DNA of 64,000 nt, from NCBI GenBank assembly GCA_963665115.1, contig OY762007.1, forward strand, positions 3,008,001 through 3,072,000, in the 5' to 3' direction. A program made the position numbers and the translations under genes. Source of the DNA: an uncultured Rivularia sp. (GTDB lineage Bacteria > Cyanobacteriota > Cyanobacteriia > Cyanobacteriales > Nostocaceae). Within the stretch, counting starts at the first letter, position 1, and the number at the start of each line of letters is the position of its first letter. Shown piece after piece: positions 45,457 to 54,993 of the stretch. Under the pieces are notes generated by a model. It was given only the letters and a program-made list of their open reading frames with translations, was not told the origin of the DNA and did no database searches.

Positions 45457-46806
45457 ATGGTAGTAGTAGCAATTTTAGCGGCTGGACGCGGTACAAGAAT
45501 GAAATCAAACCTACCCAAGGTTTTACATTCTTTGGGAGGAAAATCTCTTGTCGAAAGAGTTATTCAAAGTGTTGAACCGCTGCAACCAGAACGTCGGATA
45601 GCGATCGTTGGGTATCAAGCCGAAGAGGTAAAAACTGCATTAGCGCCGATTTCCGATTTAGAATTTGTCGAACAAACCGTACAATTGGGAACGGGTCATG
45701 CCATCCAGCAATTACTACCTCATTTAGAAGGGTATAAGGGGGACTTGCTTATACTGAATGGAGATGTACCGCTGTTACGCAGCGAAACTCTAAAAAATTT
45801 CTTACAAATCCACCAAAAAAACCAAAATGCGGCTACTGTTCTCACAGCAAAACTTCCCAATCCTAAAGGATATGGGCGAGTTTTTTGCGATGACAACAAT
45901 GTACTACAGCAAATCGTTGAAGACAAAGACTGTACTGCTGCTCAAAGAGAAAATCAGCGTATCAATGCTGGAGTTTACTGTTTTCGCTGGCCAGATTTAG
46001 AAAAGATATTACCTCACTTAGAAGCAAACAACGCCCAAAAAGAATATTATTTGACCGATGCCGCAACTCAAGTCACCCCAGTCATGGCGGTAAATGTAGA
46101 AGATTTCCAAGAAATTGGAGGCATCAACGACCGCTTACAATTATCCGGTGCTTACGACATATTGCAAGCAAGAATCAAAGAAAAATGGATGAAAGCTGGT
46201 GTGACTTTGATAGACTCCGCCAGTATCACTATTGATGAAACAGTAGAATTAGACCCAGACGTAATCATTGAACCCCAAACTCATCTGCGGGGCAATACAG
46301 TTATTAAAGCAGGAAGTCACATTGGTCCGGGAAGCTTAATTGAAAACAGTTTAATTGGTGAAAATGTTACCGCAAGATATTCAGTAATTTCTGATAGCGT
46401 AGTCCAAAAAGAAACCCAAATTGGACCCTACGCTCACTTACGCGGTCATGTAGAAGTAGGTGAAAAATGCCGCGTAGGAAATTTCGTCGAATTGAAAAAT
46501 ACCAAGCTAGGTGACGGAGCCAAAACTGCTCATTTATCTTACTTAGGAGACGCAACCATCGGCACCAAATCAAACATCGGTGGAGGTACGATTACAGCCA
46601 ACTACGACGGCGTTAAAAAACATCGAACGATAATTGGCAACAACACCGGAACTGGTTGCAACAGCGTTCTAATTGCACCAATCACTATCGGTGATAATGC
46701 ATACGTAGCCGCCGGTTCAACAATTACAGAAGATGTCCCCGACAACAGTTTAGTTATTGCTCGTCAGCGGCAAACCGTTAAAGAAGGCTGGGAGATGAAG
46801 AAGTAA
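45457..46806 (+). CDS. glmU: Bifunctional UDP-GlcNAc pyrophosphorylase / GlcN-1-P acetyltransferase
   Basis: [17 protein letters not shown], hexapeptide repeats, HLSYLGDA. Confidence 0.97.
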   Translation: MVVVAILAAGRGTRMKSNLPKVLHSLGGKSLVERVIQSVEPLQPERRIAIVGYQAEEVKTALAPISDLEFVEQTVQLGTGHAIQQLLPHLEGYKGDLLILNGDVPLLRSETLKNFLQIHQKNQNAATVLTAKLPNPKGYGRVFCDDNNVLQQIVEDKDCTAAQRENQRINAGVYCFRWPDLEKILPHLEANNAQKEYYLTDAATQVTPVMAVNVEDFQEIGGINDRLQLSGAYDILQARIKEKWMKAGVTLIDSASITIDETVELDPDVIIEPQTHLRGNTVIKAGSHIGPGSLIENSLIGENVTARYSVISDSVVQKETQIGPYAHLRGHVEVGEKCRVGNFVELKNTKLGDGAKTAHLSYLGDATIGTKSNIGGGTITANYDGVKKHRTIIGNNTGTGCNSVLIAPITIGDNAYVAAGSTITEDVPDNSLVIARQRQTVKEGWEMKK

Positions 46807-46811
46807 GAGAT

Positions 46812-46997
46812 GGGGTAGAGGGTAGAGGAGGTAGAGGGGGCAGAGGGGGTAGAGGGGGCAGAGGGGGTAGAGGGGGTAGAGGGGGTAGAGGGGGTAGATA
46901 GGGAGCAAGATGCTCCCACTAGCAATGCCCAATCCCCAATCCCCAATCCCCAATTACCAATTACCAATTACCAATTACCAATTACCAATTACCAATT
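46812..46997. repeat. Simple tandem repeats: 9-bp GGGGG(T/C)AGA run and 7-bp STRR (CCCCAAT/TACCAAT)
   Basis: Directly visible between convergent genes. Confidence 0.9.
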
Positions 46998-46998
46998 C

Positions 46999-47952
46999 TT
47001 AACAATTTCCAATCTGCATCTCTCCCGATACTTCTAATGTATCGCCGATGTTTTCGCCGTCGTGGTAAGCAGCAAGTAAGACTTCACTGGTTTTACCCCA
47101 AGCAATTGTTCCTTTCGCATCAAGGGCGATCGCACCCAAGTCTCGCTTATTTTGTTGCGATTCAGCAAAGGAACGCTGCATGGCATCTTCAAGGCTCATC
47201 CCATCAGCTACGCGCACTACAATTCTTGGTGCCAAACATTCATCGATAATATCTTCGCCAATACCGGTACAGCTTACTGCCGCTTCATTGGTAGCGTAGT
47301 TACCTGCTGGCATGGCAGAATCACTCACACGTCCGATGCGCTCGAAACCTTTACCACCTGTAGAAGTTCCAACTGATAAATTTCCTTGACTATCTAAAGC
47401 AACTACGCCAATAGTGCCGCGTCGGGCGTTGCCGTTCGATACAAGTTCTTTCTCGGCTACTACTCCAGCCATCGTTTTTTGAAAGTTGCCTTGCCGTTCT
47501 TGCAGCCATTCTTCTAAACGCAAGTCAGTTAAAGGATTGTAACTAGGAATCTGTAACTCCCGCGCTAGTTCAGCAGCACCATAGTCCGAAAGAACTCGGT
47601 CTGGAGAACTTTGTAAAACTTGCGCTAAATCGATCGGATTTTGTATTCGCGTAATATTAATTACACCGCTAAAGCTTTGTTTCGTACCATCCATCAAAGC
47701 AGCACTCATGCGGACTTGGCCATCAGATTGCAGCACGGAACCAGTACCAGCATTAAAACAAGAGTCATCTTCTAACATTTGACAACCCTTGACTACCGCT
47801 TCACTTGCACTACCTCCCGACATCAGCAGAGAATAAACTTCCTCTACTACCTTATAAAGAGAGCGGCGTACCCTTTCCACTCCTCCTTTACCTTGAAGAG
47901 AGCTACCAGCTCCACCGTGAATAATTAATTTAGGTTGCACCAAGAGATTCAT
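46999..47952 (-). CDS. Isoaspartyl peptidase / L-asparaginase (Ntn hydrolase)
   Basis: IIHGGAG, FNAGTGS, catalytic GTIGVVALD, TSTGG, GRVSDS. Confidence 0.92.
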   Translation of the reverse strand: MNLLVQPKLIIHGGAGSSLQGKGGVERVRRSLYKVVEEVYSLLMSGGSASEAVVKGCQMLEDDSCFNAGTGSVLQSDGQVRMSAALMDGTKQSFSGVINITRIQNPIDLAQVLQSSPDRVLSDYGAAELARELQIPSYNPLTDLRLEEWLQERQGNFQKTMAGVVAEKELVSNGNARRGTIGVVALDSQGNLSVGTSTGGKGFERIGRVSDSAMPAGNYATNEAAVSCTGIGEDIIDECLAPRIVVRVADGMSLEDAMQRSFAESQQNKRDLGAIALDAKGTIAWGKTSEVLLAAYHDGENIGDTLEVSGEMQIGNC

Positions 47953-48493
47953 TTTTATTAGTTTTGTGTAAGTCTTATAGGGATTTATTGACAATTAACA
48001 ATTAATAAGACGAGAAGAAGATTAATTACTTTCTCTTTCTTCTTCTACTTACTCTTAGAGATATTGAGAATCAATATTTACAATTATCTCAGTTCCCAGC
48101 ACTTAAGTTTCACTATTTTTTATCAGCTTCCGAACGCCGACGACGGCAACGTTCGGAACAATATTTTACGTCATCCCAGCAATCTGCCCATTTTTTGCGC
48201 CAAGTAAAAGGACGCTGACACACCGGACATATTTTGGATGGTAAATCCGATTTAGAACGGTTGCGTCCCATGAGAATTTTGCATTATCGCGACAGTTTGA
48301 TTCGCTAATTATAACCAGGGGATGGGGTAGATAGGGAGACAAGGGGACATTATTAAAGTAGTGAGTAATAAGTAGTGAGTAAAAATAGAAGTAAGACGGC
48401 AGCGACATTTATGACAACAATAATAAAAAGTGATTTACTTGCTACTCTCTACTCATAACTCCTTACTCCTAACTATTCCTAATCCCCAATTCT

Positions 48494-51385
48494 CTATTCA
48501 ATCGGTAAAAGCAAACGACTAACCACCCTAGCATCTGGTAATTGATAAAAATCTAATTGTCCTTCAAGTTGCTGGATCAATTTCTTGCATATTAATAAGT
48601 GCTTTATGGTTGGTTGTTCTCGCTTGGAAGGAGCAAGTACGTCTTTGACAGTATCTTGCTGTAATTCTTCTAATAACTGGGGATGAATTGTACCGTTGTC
48701 TGTAATAGATAGTTCCAAGATTTGCTCTTCCGAACGACGACACCAAATATCGATTCTTCCGCCATCCTGAGAACGATGACAAGCTGCAATTAACAATTCG
48801 CTTAAAATTAACTTAATTTTTACAATGTCGCCGCTTATGGTTATTTGTGAATTAGATATAAGGGAATCATCAGTATATGACTCCTCACCCTCGGACTTTT
48901 GTCCCAAGCCATGTACTCCGATCCAAAGTTTGTGATGCTTGAACAGTTTGTTAACTCCTTTCAAACAATCATTGATTAAACTTGCTATTGCTACCGTTTC
49001 TCTACCAAAAACGAATTGCCACTGTTCGAGCTTTAATAATGCAGTTGTTGAAGCAACAGTATTATCTAACTGTCGTAGCAATTGCTGATAGCGTGTTAAA
49101 GTTACTTGATTATCCGGAACACCTAAGTCGTGCATTTGACTCAGTAATGTTACGGTACTGTGACGAATATCTTCAAAACGCCGATGCTTATACCAATTTA
49201 ACTGCTGTAATTCCACGTTTTGTGAGTGAAGAAGTTGTGTCACTTGTTGTTGCCGACGCGACCAAGCTAATTGATTGACAAGAGTTTCTAGAGCATCTAA
49301 AGTTTCTGAGGACCATTGTCTTTCGGGGTAATCTGCCATCAAGATTATGCCCGTAGGCTCATATTCGTGGCTCGTGCGTAGAGCTATAAGCAAAATTTCC
49401 CCAATTCCAGAACCGCAAAGCCATTCTGCGGTAGATTCTGGTAAATCCGAGGCATTAAGGCTGACTAAACCCTCATTAGCGAGTGCGGAGTTGATCGCTA
49501 CATCGGTTTGGAGGGGTATAGCTGTATCGGCATCAACTGTAAAATTATTATTAGCAATAAACCCAGGTATAATTTGTGCAAATTCATCGCCAGGATTCCA
49601 AGATAAAAGCAAAGTTAAAGGACAGTTGAGAATTGTAGCTATTTGTTCGAGTACTACAGTTTCGGGTTGTTTTTCTGCTTCATTAACTAAGTAATCTTGT
49701 ATGGGTTCGAGAATGCGTAAACTTTGCACAAAGGTATGCCAAATTTGTTGCTGATGTTGGTTTTGTTGATAAAGTTGCCACTGACGAACAATTGCTCCGA
49801 GTTGTTGAGCAACGGCTTGTACTAACTCCTTCTCTACAGTTGTCCAAGAGCGATTGTTTTCACTGCCAATAATTAGAATCGCATTACTCATATTTTGAGC
49901 AGCGCAGTTGCTAACCAAAACCGAACGCAATCCAGCTTGGAGTAAGGAAGAACGCCAGTTAAAGAATCGTAAATCCTCTTCTAAATTCTCTACACCTACA
50001 GCTTGTGTCGAACGCTCTAAAAGTTGTGCGTCTACTTCCTTTAATCGATCCAAAGTAAAGTTTAAAGGTTTGCGTAACACCTTTGGTGTCATGCTTTGCA
50101 TATCGCCTTTCGGTTGGCTTTGGTAAAAAAGGCTGTATTCAGATACTTCTACTTCTTGGTCGCAAAACAATAATAAAAATCTAGTTGCAGCTAATCTTTT
50201 TAAAACTTTTGCCGCACAGTCATGTAAAACTTGCTCAATATTTTCGTCGTTATAAATACCTTCTACAATCTGGCTTTTAAGTTGAGCGTCTTCTTGAATT
50301 TCTTGGATAGTGGTTTCCATATTTTTGGTGAGGGAAACCAACGAAATTAACCCCGCAGCACCTTTAACAAAGTTTTTATCTACTTCCGTCCACATACGAG
50401 GTTCTTTACCTTCCACCGCCAAAAATCCTAACAAGTCCTTTTGCCAAAGAATTGGAGCAACCAGAAGACTTCTTGCATCAATTTGTTTGAGAAGTCTCTT
50501 AGTACTATAGCTTTTCAGCGAACTACGTCCTTCCCCAATCCAAACAAGTTGATTCGCCGACAAAGCATAATAAAAATCGCTTAAATCTTCCACCGTTACG
50601 GCGGTTTGTGCTTTCTTTTGATTCGATTTACCTAAGTTCAAATATTGAGTGCTGATTCTACGCCAAAAACGACGTTTTTGGGGATCGAACCAGTAAACGT
50701 TTGTTCGAGTTGGCAGTAGGAACTGATGAGTCGCAGAGACTACAGCCTCTAACCTTTGTTCTAAAGTTGCCAGAGTTCTTAATTTTTCTAGCAGTCGCAG
50801 CAATACCTCGTCTGGACGCTTAGTTTGCTTGTATTGCGAATCTATTTCCAGTCGAAAAAGTGCGGCTGCGAGTTCTCCTAACACAATCATCAATTGCGAT
50901 CTAGCTTCGCTACCTATTAAGTAACCCCAGCGTTTTGAACCCAGCATTACCACACCCAAACAACGATCTTTGTGGCGGATGGGTAACATAATTGTTCCTT
51001 GGATATCGAACTTCGTAGCAATTTCTTGCCATCCTTCCGCCCGTTTTTCCATTCGTAAATCCGCTACACCCATTGGACGCTGCTGGATGACGACTTGTTC
51101 TAACAAATCTCCTGGACTCAAAACTACCCGTTGTTGCAAATAACTATTTTCACTATCGGGTGTAGCACCGCCTTTGCCGAACAATATATGATTGAGACGG
51201 TCATAAAGAGCAATCCAAATTAAAGAATAATCAAATTGCTCCTTTAAATATAAGATGGTCTTTTCAATCAGAACCTCAGCATTATCCTCTTCCCTCAAAA
51301 TTTGAAGGATGCGCCCCAAAGAGAAAAGTTGCTGCTCTGCGGGTGTAAATTTTTGATGCTGCCTCATCTGATTATTGGTAAACAT
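48494..51385 (-). CDS. Multi-GAF protein with degenerate His-kinase-like C-terminus
   Basis: Four GAF-like repeats (R.WT/WS..E..L) and an HATPase-like fold with ITDNG but no clear H, N or G2 box. Confidence 0.75.
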   Translation of the reverse strand: MFTNNQMRQHQKFTPAEQQLFSLGRILQILREEDNAEVLIEKTILYLKEQFDYSLIWIALYDRLNHILFGKGGATPDSENSYLQQRVVLSPGDLLEQVVIQQRPMGVADLRMEKRAEGWQEIATKFDIQGTIMLPIRHKDRCLGVVMLGSKRWGYLIGSEARSQLMIVLGELAAALFRLEIDSQYKQTKRPDEVLLRLLEKLRTLATLEQRLEAVVSATHQFLLPTRTNVYWFDPQKRRFWRRISTQYLNLGKSNQKKAQTAVTVEDLSDFYYALSANQLVWIGEGRSSLKSYSTKRLLKQIDARSLLVAPILWQKDLLGFLAVEGKEPRMWTEVDKNFVKGAAGLISLVSLTKNMETTIQEIQEDAQLKSQIVEGIYNDENIEQVLHDCAAKVLKRLAATRFLLLFCDQEVEVSEYSLFYQSQPKGDMQSMTPKVLRKPLNFTLDRLKEVDAQLLERSTQAVGVENLEEDLRFFNWRSSLLQAGLRSVLVSNCAAQNMSNAILIIGSENNRSWTTVEKELVQAVAQQLGAIVRQWQLYQQNQHQQQIWHTFVQSLRILEPIQDYLVNEAEKQPETVVLEQIATILNCPLTLLLSWNPGDEFAQIIPGFIANNNFTVDADTAIPLQTDVAINSALANEGLVSLNASDLPESTAEWLCGSGIGEILLIALRTSHEYEPTGIILMADYPERQWSSETLDALETLVNQLAWSRRQQQVTQLLHSQNVELQQLNWYKHRRFEDIRHSTVTLLSQMHDLGVPDNQVTLTRYQQLLRQLDNTVASTTALLKLEQWQFVFGRETVAIASLINDCLKGVNKLFKHHKLWIGVHGLGQKSEGEESYTDDSLISNSQITISGDIVKIKLILSELLIAACHRSQDGGRIDIWCRRSEEQILELSITDNGTIHPQLLEELQQDTVKDVLAPSKREQPTIKHLLICKKLIQQLEGQLDFYQLPDARVVSRLLLPIE

Positions 51386-51557
51386 AGCCTGTTACCATAT
51401 AAGGTGCCCAAAAAATTGCCTTAACTTTAAGTTTCAATTATTTTCAGATGGAGAAAGTGGGAAATGGGGAGACAAGGTGAAGAATTTCTAACTACCTACT
51501 CTTAACTCCTAATTCCTAACTAAAAACCGTAATTCTATTTTATTTTTTTAAACTAAA

Positions 51558-52709
51558 TTGGATATTTATCAAGTTGCACTACGTCCGCTCTTATTCAATC
51601 TAATCAAAGCAGACCCCGAAAACTTGCATTCTAAGACAATTCGCACTTTAGAGTGGTTAGGAAATAGTGGATTTCGCCCACCTGCAAGTTTAGTAAAAAG
51701 TCGCTTACAGCAATCGTTTGGTCTGCAAGATTCGCGTTTGTCACAATCTTTGTTTGGACTGCAATTTCCCAATCCCGTAGGTTTAGCAGCCGGATTTGAT
51801 AAAGATGGTGTTGCTACTCCTATGTGGTCAAGTTTGGGTTTCGGTTTCGCAGAAATTGGAACTGTAACATCACTTGCTCAGCCGGGAAATCCTCGTCCCC
51901 GTTTGTTTCGCTTACCTAACGATGAAGCCGCTCTTAACCGCATGGGTTTTAATAACTGCGGTGCGGAGGCAATGGCAGCACGTTTAGCGAAGCTCACTTC
52001 AAAGCCAAATCCATTAATTCCTATCGGTATAAATTTAGGTAAATCTAAAGTAACACCTTTAGAAGAAGCGGCTAATGATTATCGTCACAGCTTTAGCTTA
52101 CTGCAAAATCACGGTGATTACTTTGTAGTAAATGTTTCTTCACCAAACACCCCAGGATTGCGAAAATTGCAAGATGCGGCGATGCTAAGTTCTATCTTGG
52201 ATGCTTTGCACGAAGAAAATAATTTAAAAAAACCAATCCAAAAACCAATTTTTGTCAAAATTGCACCGGATTTGGAATGGGAAGCGATCGCAGAAATTGT
52301 TTCCTTAGCTCAAAGTTATAAATTGGCAGGAATTATCGCCACTAATACAACAATTAAGCGTGAAGGATTAAAGACTCAAATACTGGCTCAAACTGGTAAA
52401 TCGCTATTAGAAGAAGCAGGTGGAATCAGCGGAAAACCAGTAAGAGAACGTTCCACAGAGGTAGTTAGGTATATTTGGCAACAAAGTAAAGGGGAAATTC
52501 CTATTATCGGCGTTGGTGGTATTTTCACCGCAGAAGACGCTTGGGACAAAATTACTGCTGGTGCGTGCTTAGTCCAAATTTATACTGGCTGGGTTTATCA
52601 AGGGCCAGGAATGATACGCCGTATTCTCCAAGGTTTGCTTTTGAAATTAGAAGAAAACGGATTGAATTCCATTACTGAAGCTGTGGGATTAGCAGTAAAA
52701 AATAGTTAG
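51558..52709 (+). CDS. pyrD: Quinone-dependent dihydroorotate dehydrogenase
   Basis: GLAAGFDK, NRMGFNN, NVSSPNTPGLR, GGISG. Confidence 0.97.
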   Translation: MDIYQVALRPLLFNLIKADPENLHSKTIRTLEWLGNSGFRPPASLVKSRLQQSFGLQDSRLSQSLFGLQFPNPVGLAAGFDKDGVATPMWSSLGFGFAEIGTVTSLAQPGNPRPRLFRLPNDEAALNRMGFNNCGAEAMAARLAKLTSKPNPLIPIGINLGKSKVTPLEEAANDYRHSFSLLQNHGDYFVVNVSSPNTPGLRKLQDAAMLSSILDALHEENNLKKPIQKPIFVKIAPDLEWEAIAEIVSLAQSYKLAGIIATNTTIKREGLKTQILAQTGKSLLEEAGGISGKPVRERSTEVVRYIWQQSKGEIPIIGVGGIFTAEDAWDKITAGACLVQIYTGWVYQGPGMIRRILQGLLLKLEENGLNSITEAVGLAVKNS

Positions 52710-52833
52710 TTGTTAGTTGTTAGTTGTTAGTTATTCCCCATTCCCTTTTTAAACAAAACAAAGGGTGCATTCGCTGTTACTCAATTAAGAACCGCTACAA
52801 AATATGCACCCAAAAATTTGAAATTAACTTCTA

Positions 52834-53605
52834 TTAACTTGAGACTTTGCTTTCGTCTTCCACTGGGAAAAACTCCTTAGTATCCGGAGAAAAAGTCCAA
52901 GCAATTCCATCTGGATCTTTATTGCGACTCCATTCAGGAAATGCTGGATCGTCTCTACGCTTGAACACCGTACTGGAATATACTCCTAAACGTTTAGCAA
53001 GCTCAGATTGAATCAACGAACCCAAGAACAATTGTTTTTCCAGAGGCTTTACGTGTTCTGCTTGTTCTACCTGTTCTAAAGTCTCCTCCGGTAACTCCTC
53101 CTCCACATTTACTAATTCAACAACAGGTTTCTTCTTCAACTGTTACCGGGATAGGTTCGAGAAGTTCTTTGTTTAAAGTCGCAACGGGTGCATTACTAAA
53201 GTCGATTTCTGGTTCGCTACTATCAAGGATGCTGCCCAAAGTATTAGCAGTCATAAAGTAGTAAACTTTGTTGCCATCATCCGAATCAGCAATACTCGCG
53301 CCAAATTCAGAAGCTTTAGTATCTAAGTAGCGCTTTGCCTTTCCTCCGTTGAAATTACCGCGCAAAGCTAAATCCATAGGGGTCATTCTGCCTTGGTTTT
53401 CCCCAATTAATTGTTGAAAAACCGGATTCACCTTATTGCACCATTTTTGCCATTGATAGGTTCGCCACAAATTGAACCCGACAACTACGGCAAAGAATCC
53501 CAGCAAAACCCGCCAAGCAGAAACTAGGAAGATAATTAAAAACGAAAGTGGCAAAAGTAGGAGCAAAAAACCTTTGCCCGAGGTTTCTAGTGTTTTTTCG
53601 CTCAT
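52834..53605 (-). CDS. Hypothetical membrane-anchored protein, frameshift near 53129
   Basis: Two overlapping ORFs: N-terminal TM pair, C-terminal HTH-like QSELAKRLGVYSSTV...DPDGIAW. Confidence 0.7.
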
Positions 53606-53993
53606 GCCTAATTTATTGCTAATTGATTTATTTTAGGAAATATTATCATCTTGGCAAAAATTGGGACATTAATTTGTATTGCTTGTAGATTTGCTGGTTT
53701 TTTTTGGCAAAAACTGACTTTGTTTATAGTCGTAAATTCGCCAATATTTAGCTAAAAAACCTTTATCAGCTTATATTTACGAAGTTTAAAATAGGTTTTG
53801 CAAAAAAATTAAGAAGATTACATTTAGGCAAAGCTGGGAAATGAAGTAATTAGCGATACAATTACATACTGAAAATCAGTAGTAATCCAACATCCGAGTT
53901 TTGATTACAACTTTAAATAAATATGACGGTGAAAACATCTTACTGGTTAAAAAAAGCGGGCTAGTACTCCGCCACATTAATTTTAAGAGGTTC

Positions 53994-54050
53994 GTAGTTG
54001 GGCTTCAGCCCCTCATATTAGAGAATTCGGAGGGGCTGAAGCCCAACTAC
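53994..54050. repeat. REP-like 21-bp perfect inverted repeat
   Basis: GTAGTTGGGCTTCAGCCCCTC / GAGGGGCTGAAGCCCAACTAC; related single arm near 88-113. Confidence 0.8.
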
Positions 54051-54136
54051 AAGCCTTTATTCCCCCTCTTTCCCTCACCCGGCATTTTTTTATGAGAACA
54101 CTAAAAGCCAACACTACAAATTCCTGAGTCAACATC

Positions 54137-54165
54137 TTGACATCTCATAATACACATACTACATT
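54137..54165 (+). promoter_or_regulatory. Sigma70-type promoter for the RNA array / Ro60 operon
   Basis: TTGACA-N17-TACATT, overlapped by three ATA(A/C)TACA direct repeats. Confidence 0.65.
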
Positions 54166-54305
54166 AATAATACAGAGCGAAAAACACAGCACAAATTAGT
54201 AAAACTGCCTTCTATATTTGACTGCTGCGATATATTTTTCAATCTCTTTTAAACAAGCATTATTTACGCAAGGAAGTAATGTATTAAAAAATTAGAATTT
54301 CGTAT

Positions 54306-54448
54306 GTAACGGGTGGCGGAAATAGTAGACGCGCTAATTTAAACCTTGATTTAACAACTTGCCCAACTTCCACGTTAGGACGAAGAATCTAGGGTTATCG
54401 GGATTTAGTAACTAATAGTTGTGCAGGTGCAAATCCTGTCCCGTTACA
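54306..54448 (+). ncRNA. tRNA-like Y-type RNA 1 (Leu-like body, Ro-binding insert)
   Basis: Acceptor TAACGGG/CCCGTTA, D arm GCG-GAAATAGTAGA-CGC, long variable hairpin AACTAATAGTT, T arm GCAGG-TGCAAAT-CCTGT; conserved insert ~54337-54399; no usable anticodon loop. Confidence 0.8.
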
Positions 54449-54491
54449 CAAAACATTCAGAATTTAGATATTCAAAATCTAAAACATTCAA

Positions 54492-54621
54492 GCAGGGATA
54501 GTTTAGCAGCCTAGAACGCCGTAAATATCCTTATTCACAACTTGCCCCATTGGGGACGCAGAATTTAGGGTTATCGCCTTCCACGCCGGAGACGCGGGTG
54601 CAAATCCCGTTCCCTGTTCCA
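54492..54621 (+). ncRNA. tRNA-like Y-type RNA 2 (Gly-UCC body with 54-nt insert in anticodon stem)
   Basis: Acceptor GCAGGGA/TCCCTGT, T73-CCA, D arm GTTT/GAAC, anticodon arm CCG|GC-CTTCCAC-GCCGG, T arm GCGGG-TGCAAAT-CCCGT. Confidence 0.85.
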
Positions 54622-54657
54622 ATTAATTTAGGTTTTGAATTTTGAATTGTTTTTTAA

Positions 54658-54801
54658 GAAGGGGTTGCCAAGTGATAAGGCAGCGGAAGGGTAAATTAAT
54701 TATCCTTATTCCTTGATTAACAACTTGCCCGTTTAAGGGACGAATATCAAGGGTTATCGTGATTTCGCCATTCGCAGGTTTGAATCCTGCCCCCTTCACC
54801 A
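54658..54801 (+). ncRNA. tRNA-like Y-type RNA 3 (His/Gln-like body, Ro-binding insert plus extra hairpin)
   Basis: Acceptor GAAGGGG/CCCCTTC-ACCA, D arm GCC-AAGTGATAA-GGC, GCGGA/TTCGC stem, T arm GCAGG-TTTGAAT-CCTGC. Confidence 0.8.
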
Positions 54802-54827
54802 ACAAATCTAAAATCCAGAATATTCAT

Positions 54828-54957
54828 GTGGCGAGTAGCTCAGTTGGATAGAGCAACAGAAGAATATCCTTTTTCACAAACTTGCCTTTCAGGGGACGAA
54901 GAATTAGGTTTATCGATTTTAATCTGAATGCCGCAAGTTCGAGTCTTGCCTCGCCAC
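54828..54957 (+). ncRNA. tRNA-like Y-type RNA 4 (Arg/Lys-like body with 56-nt insert)
   Basis: Acceptor TGGCGAG/CTCGCCA, D arm GCTC-AGTTGGATA-GAGC, ACA|GA-TTTTAA-TCTGA, T arm GCAAG-TTCGAGT-CTTGC. Confidence 0.82.
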
Positions 54958-54993
54958 CTTTCATTTTGTCCGCAAGGGCTGGGAGTTAAAATA

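Noticed and set aside
46750..46967. Two 67-aa ORFs
   Set aside because: Translations of 7- and 9-bp simple repeats.
48129..48408. 80-aa ORF and TTCCGAACG/CGTTCGGAA inverted repeat
   Set aside because: The ORF is partly built from simple repeats; the IR is short and has no other support.
54337..54399. Group I intron in tRNA-Leu
   Set aside because: The insert is about 60 nt, far too short for a group I core, and no UAA anticodon loop is restored on removal.
54623..54805. 60-aa minus-strand ORF
   Set aside because: Antisense shadow of RNA 3 with no protein features.
54306..54957. CRISPR array or ordinary tRNA operon
   Set aside because: The shared segments are imperfect, split by variable loops and embedded in tRNA folds; no cas genes are present. 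As genomic sequence none of the elements is an uninterrupted tRNA.
54928..54993. Longer N-terminus of the TROVE ORF
   Set aside because: Overlaps the T arm and acceptor stem of RNA 4; ATG 54994 has a clear RBS.
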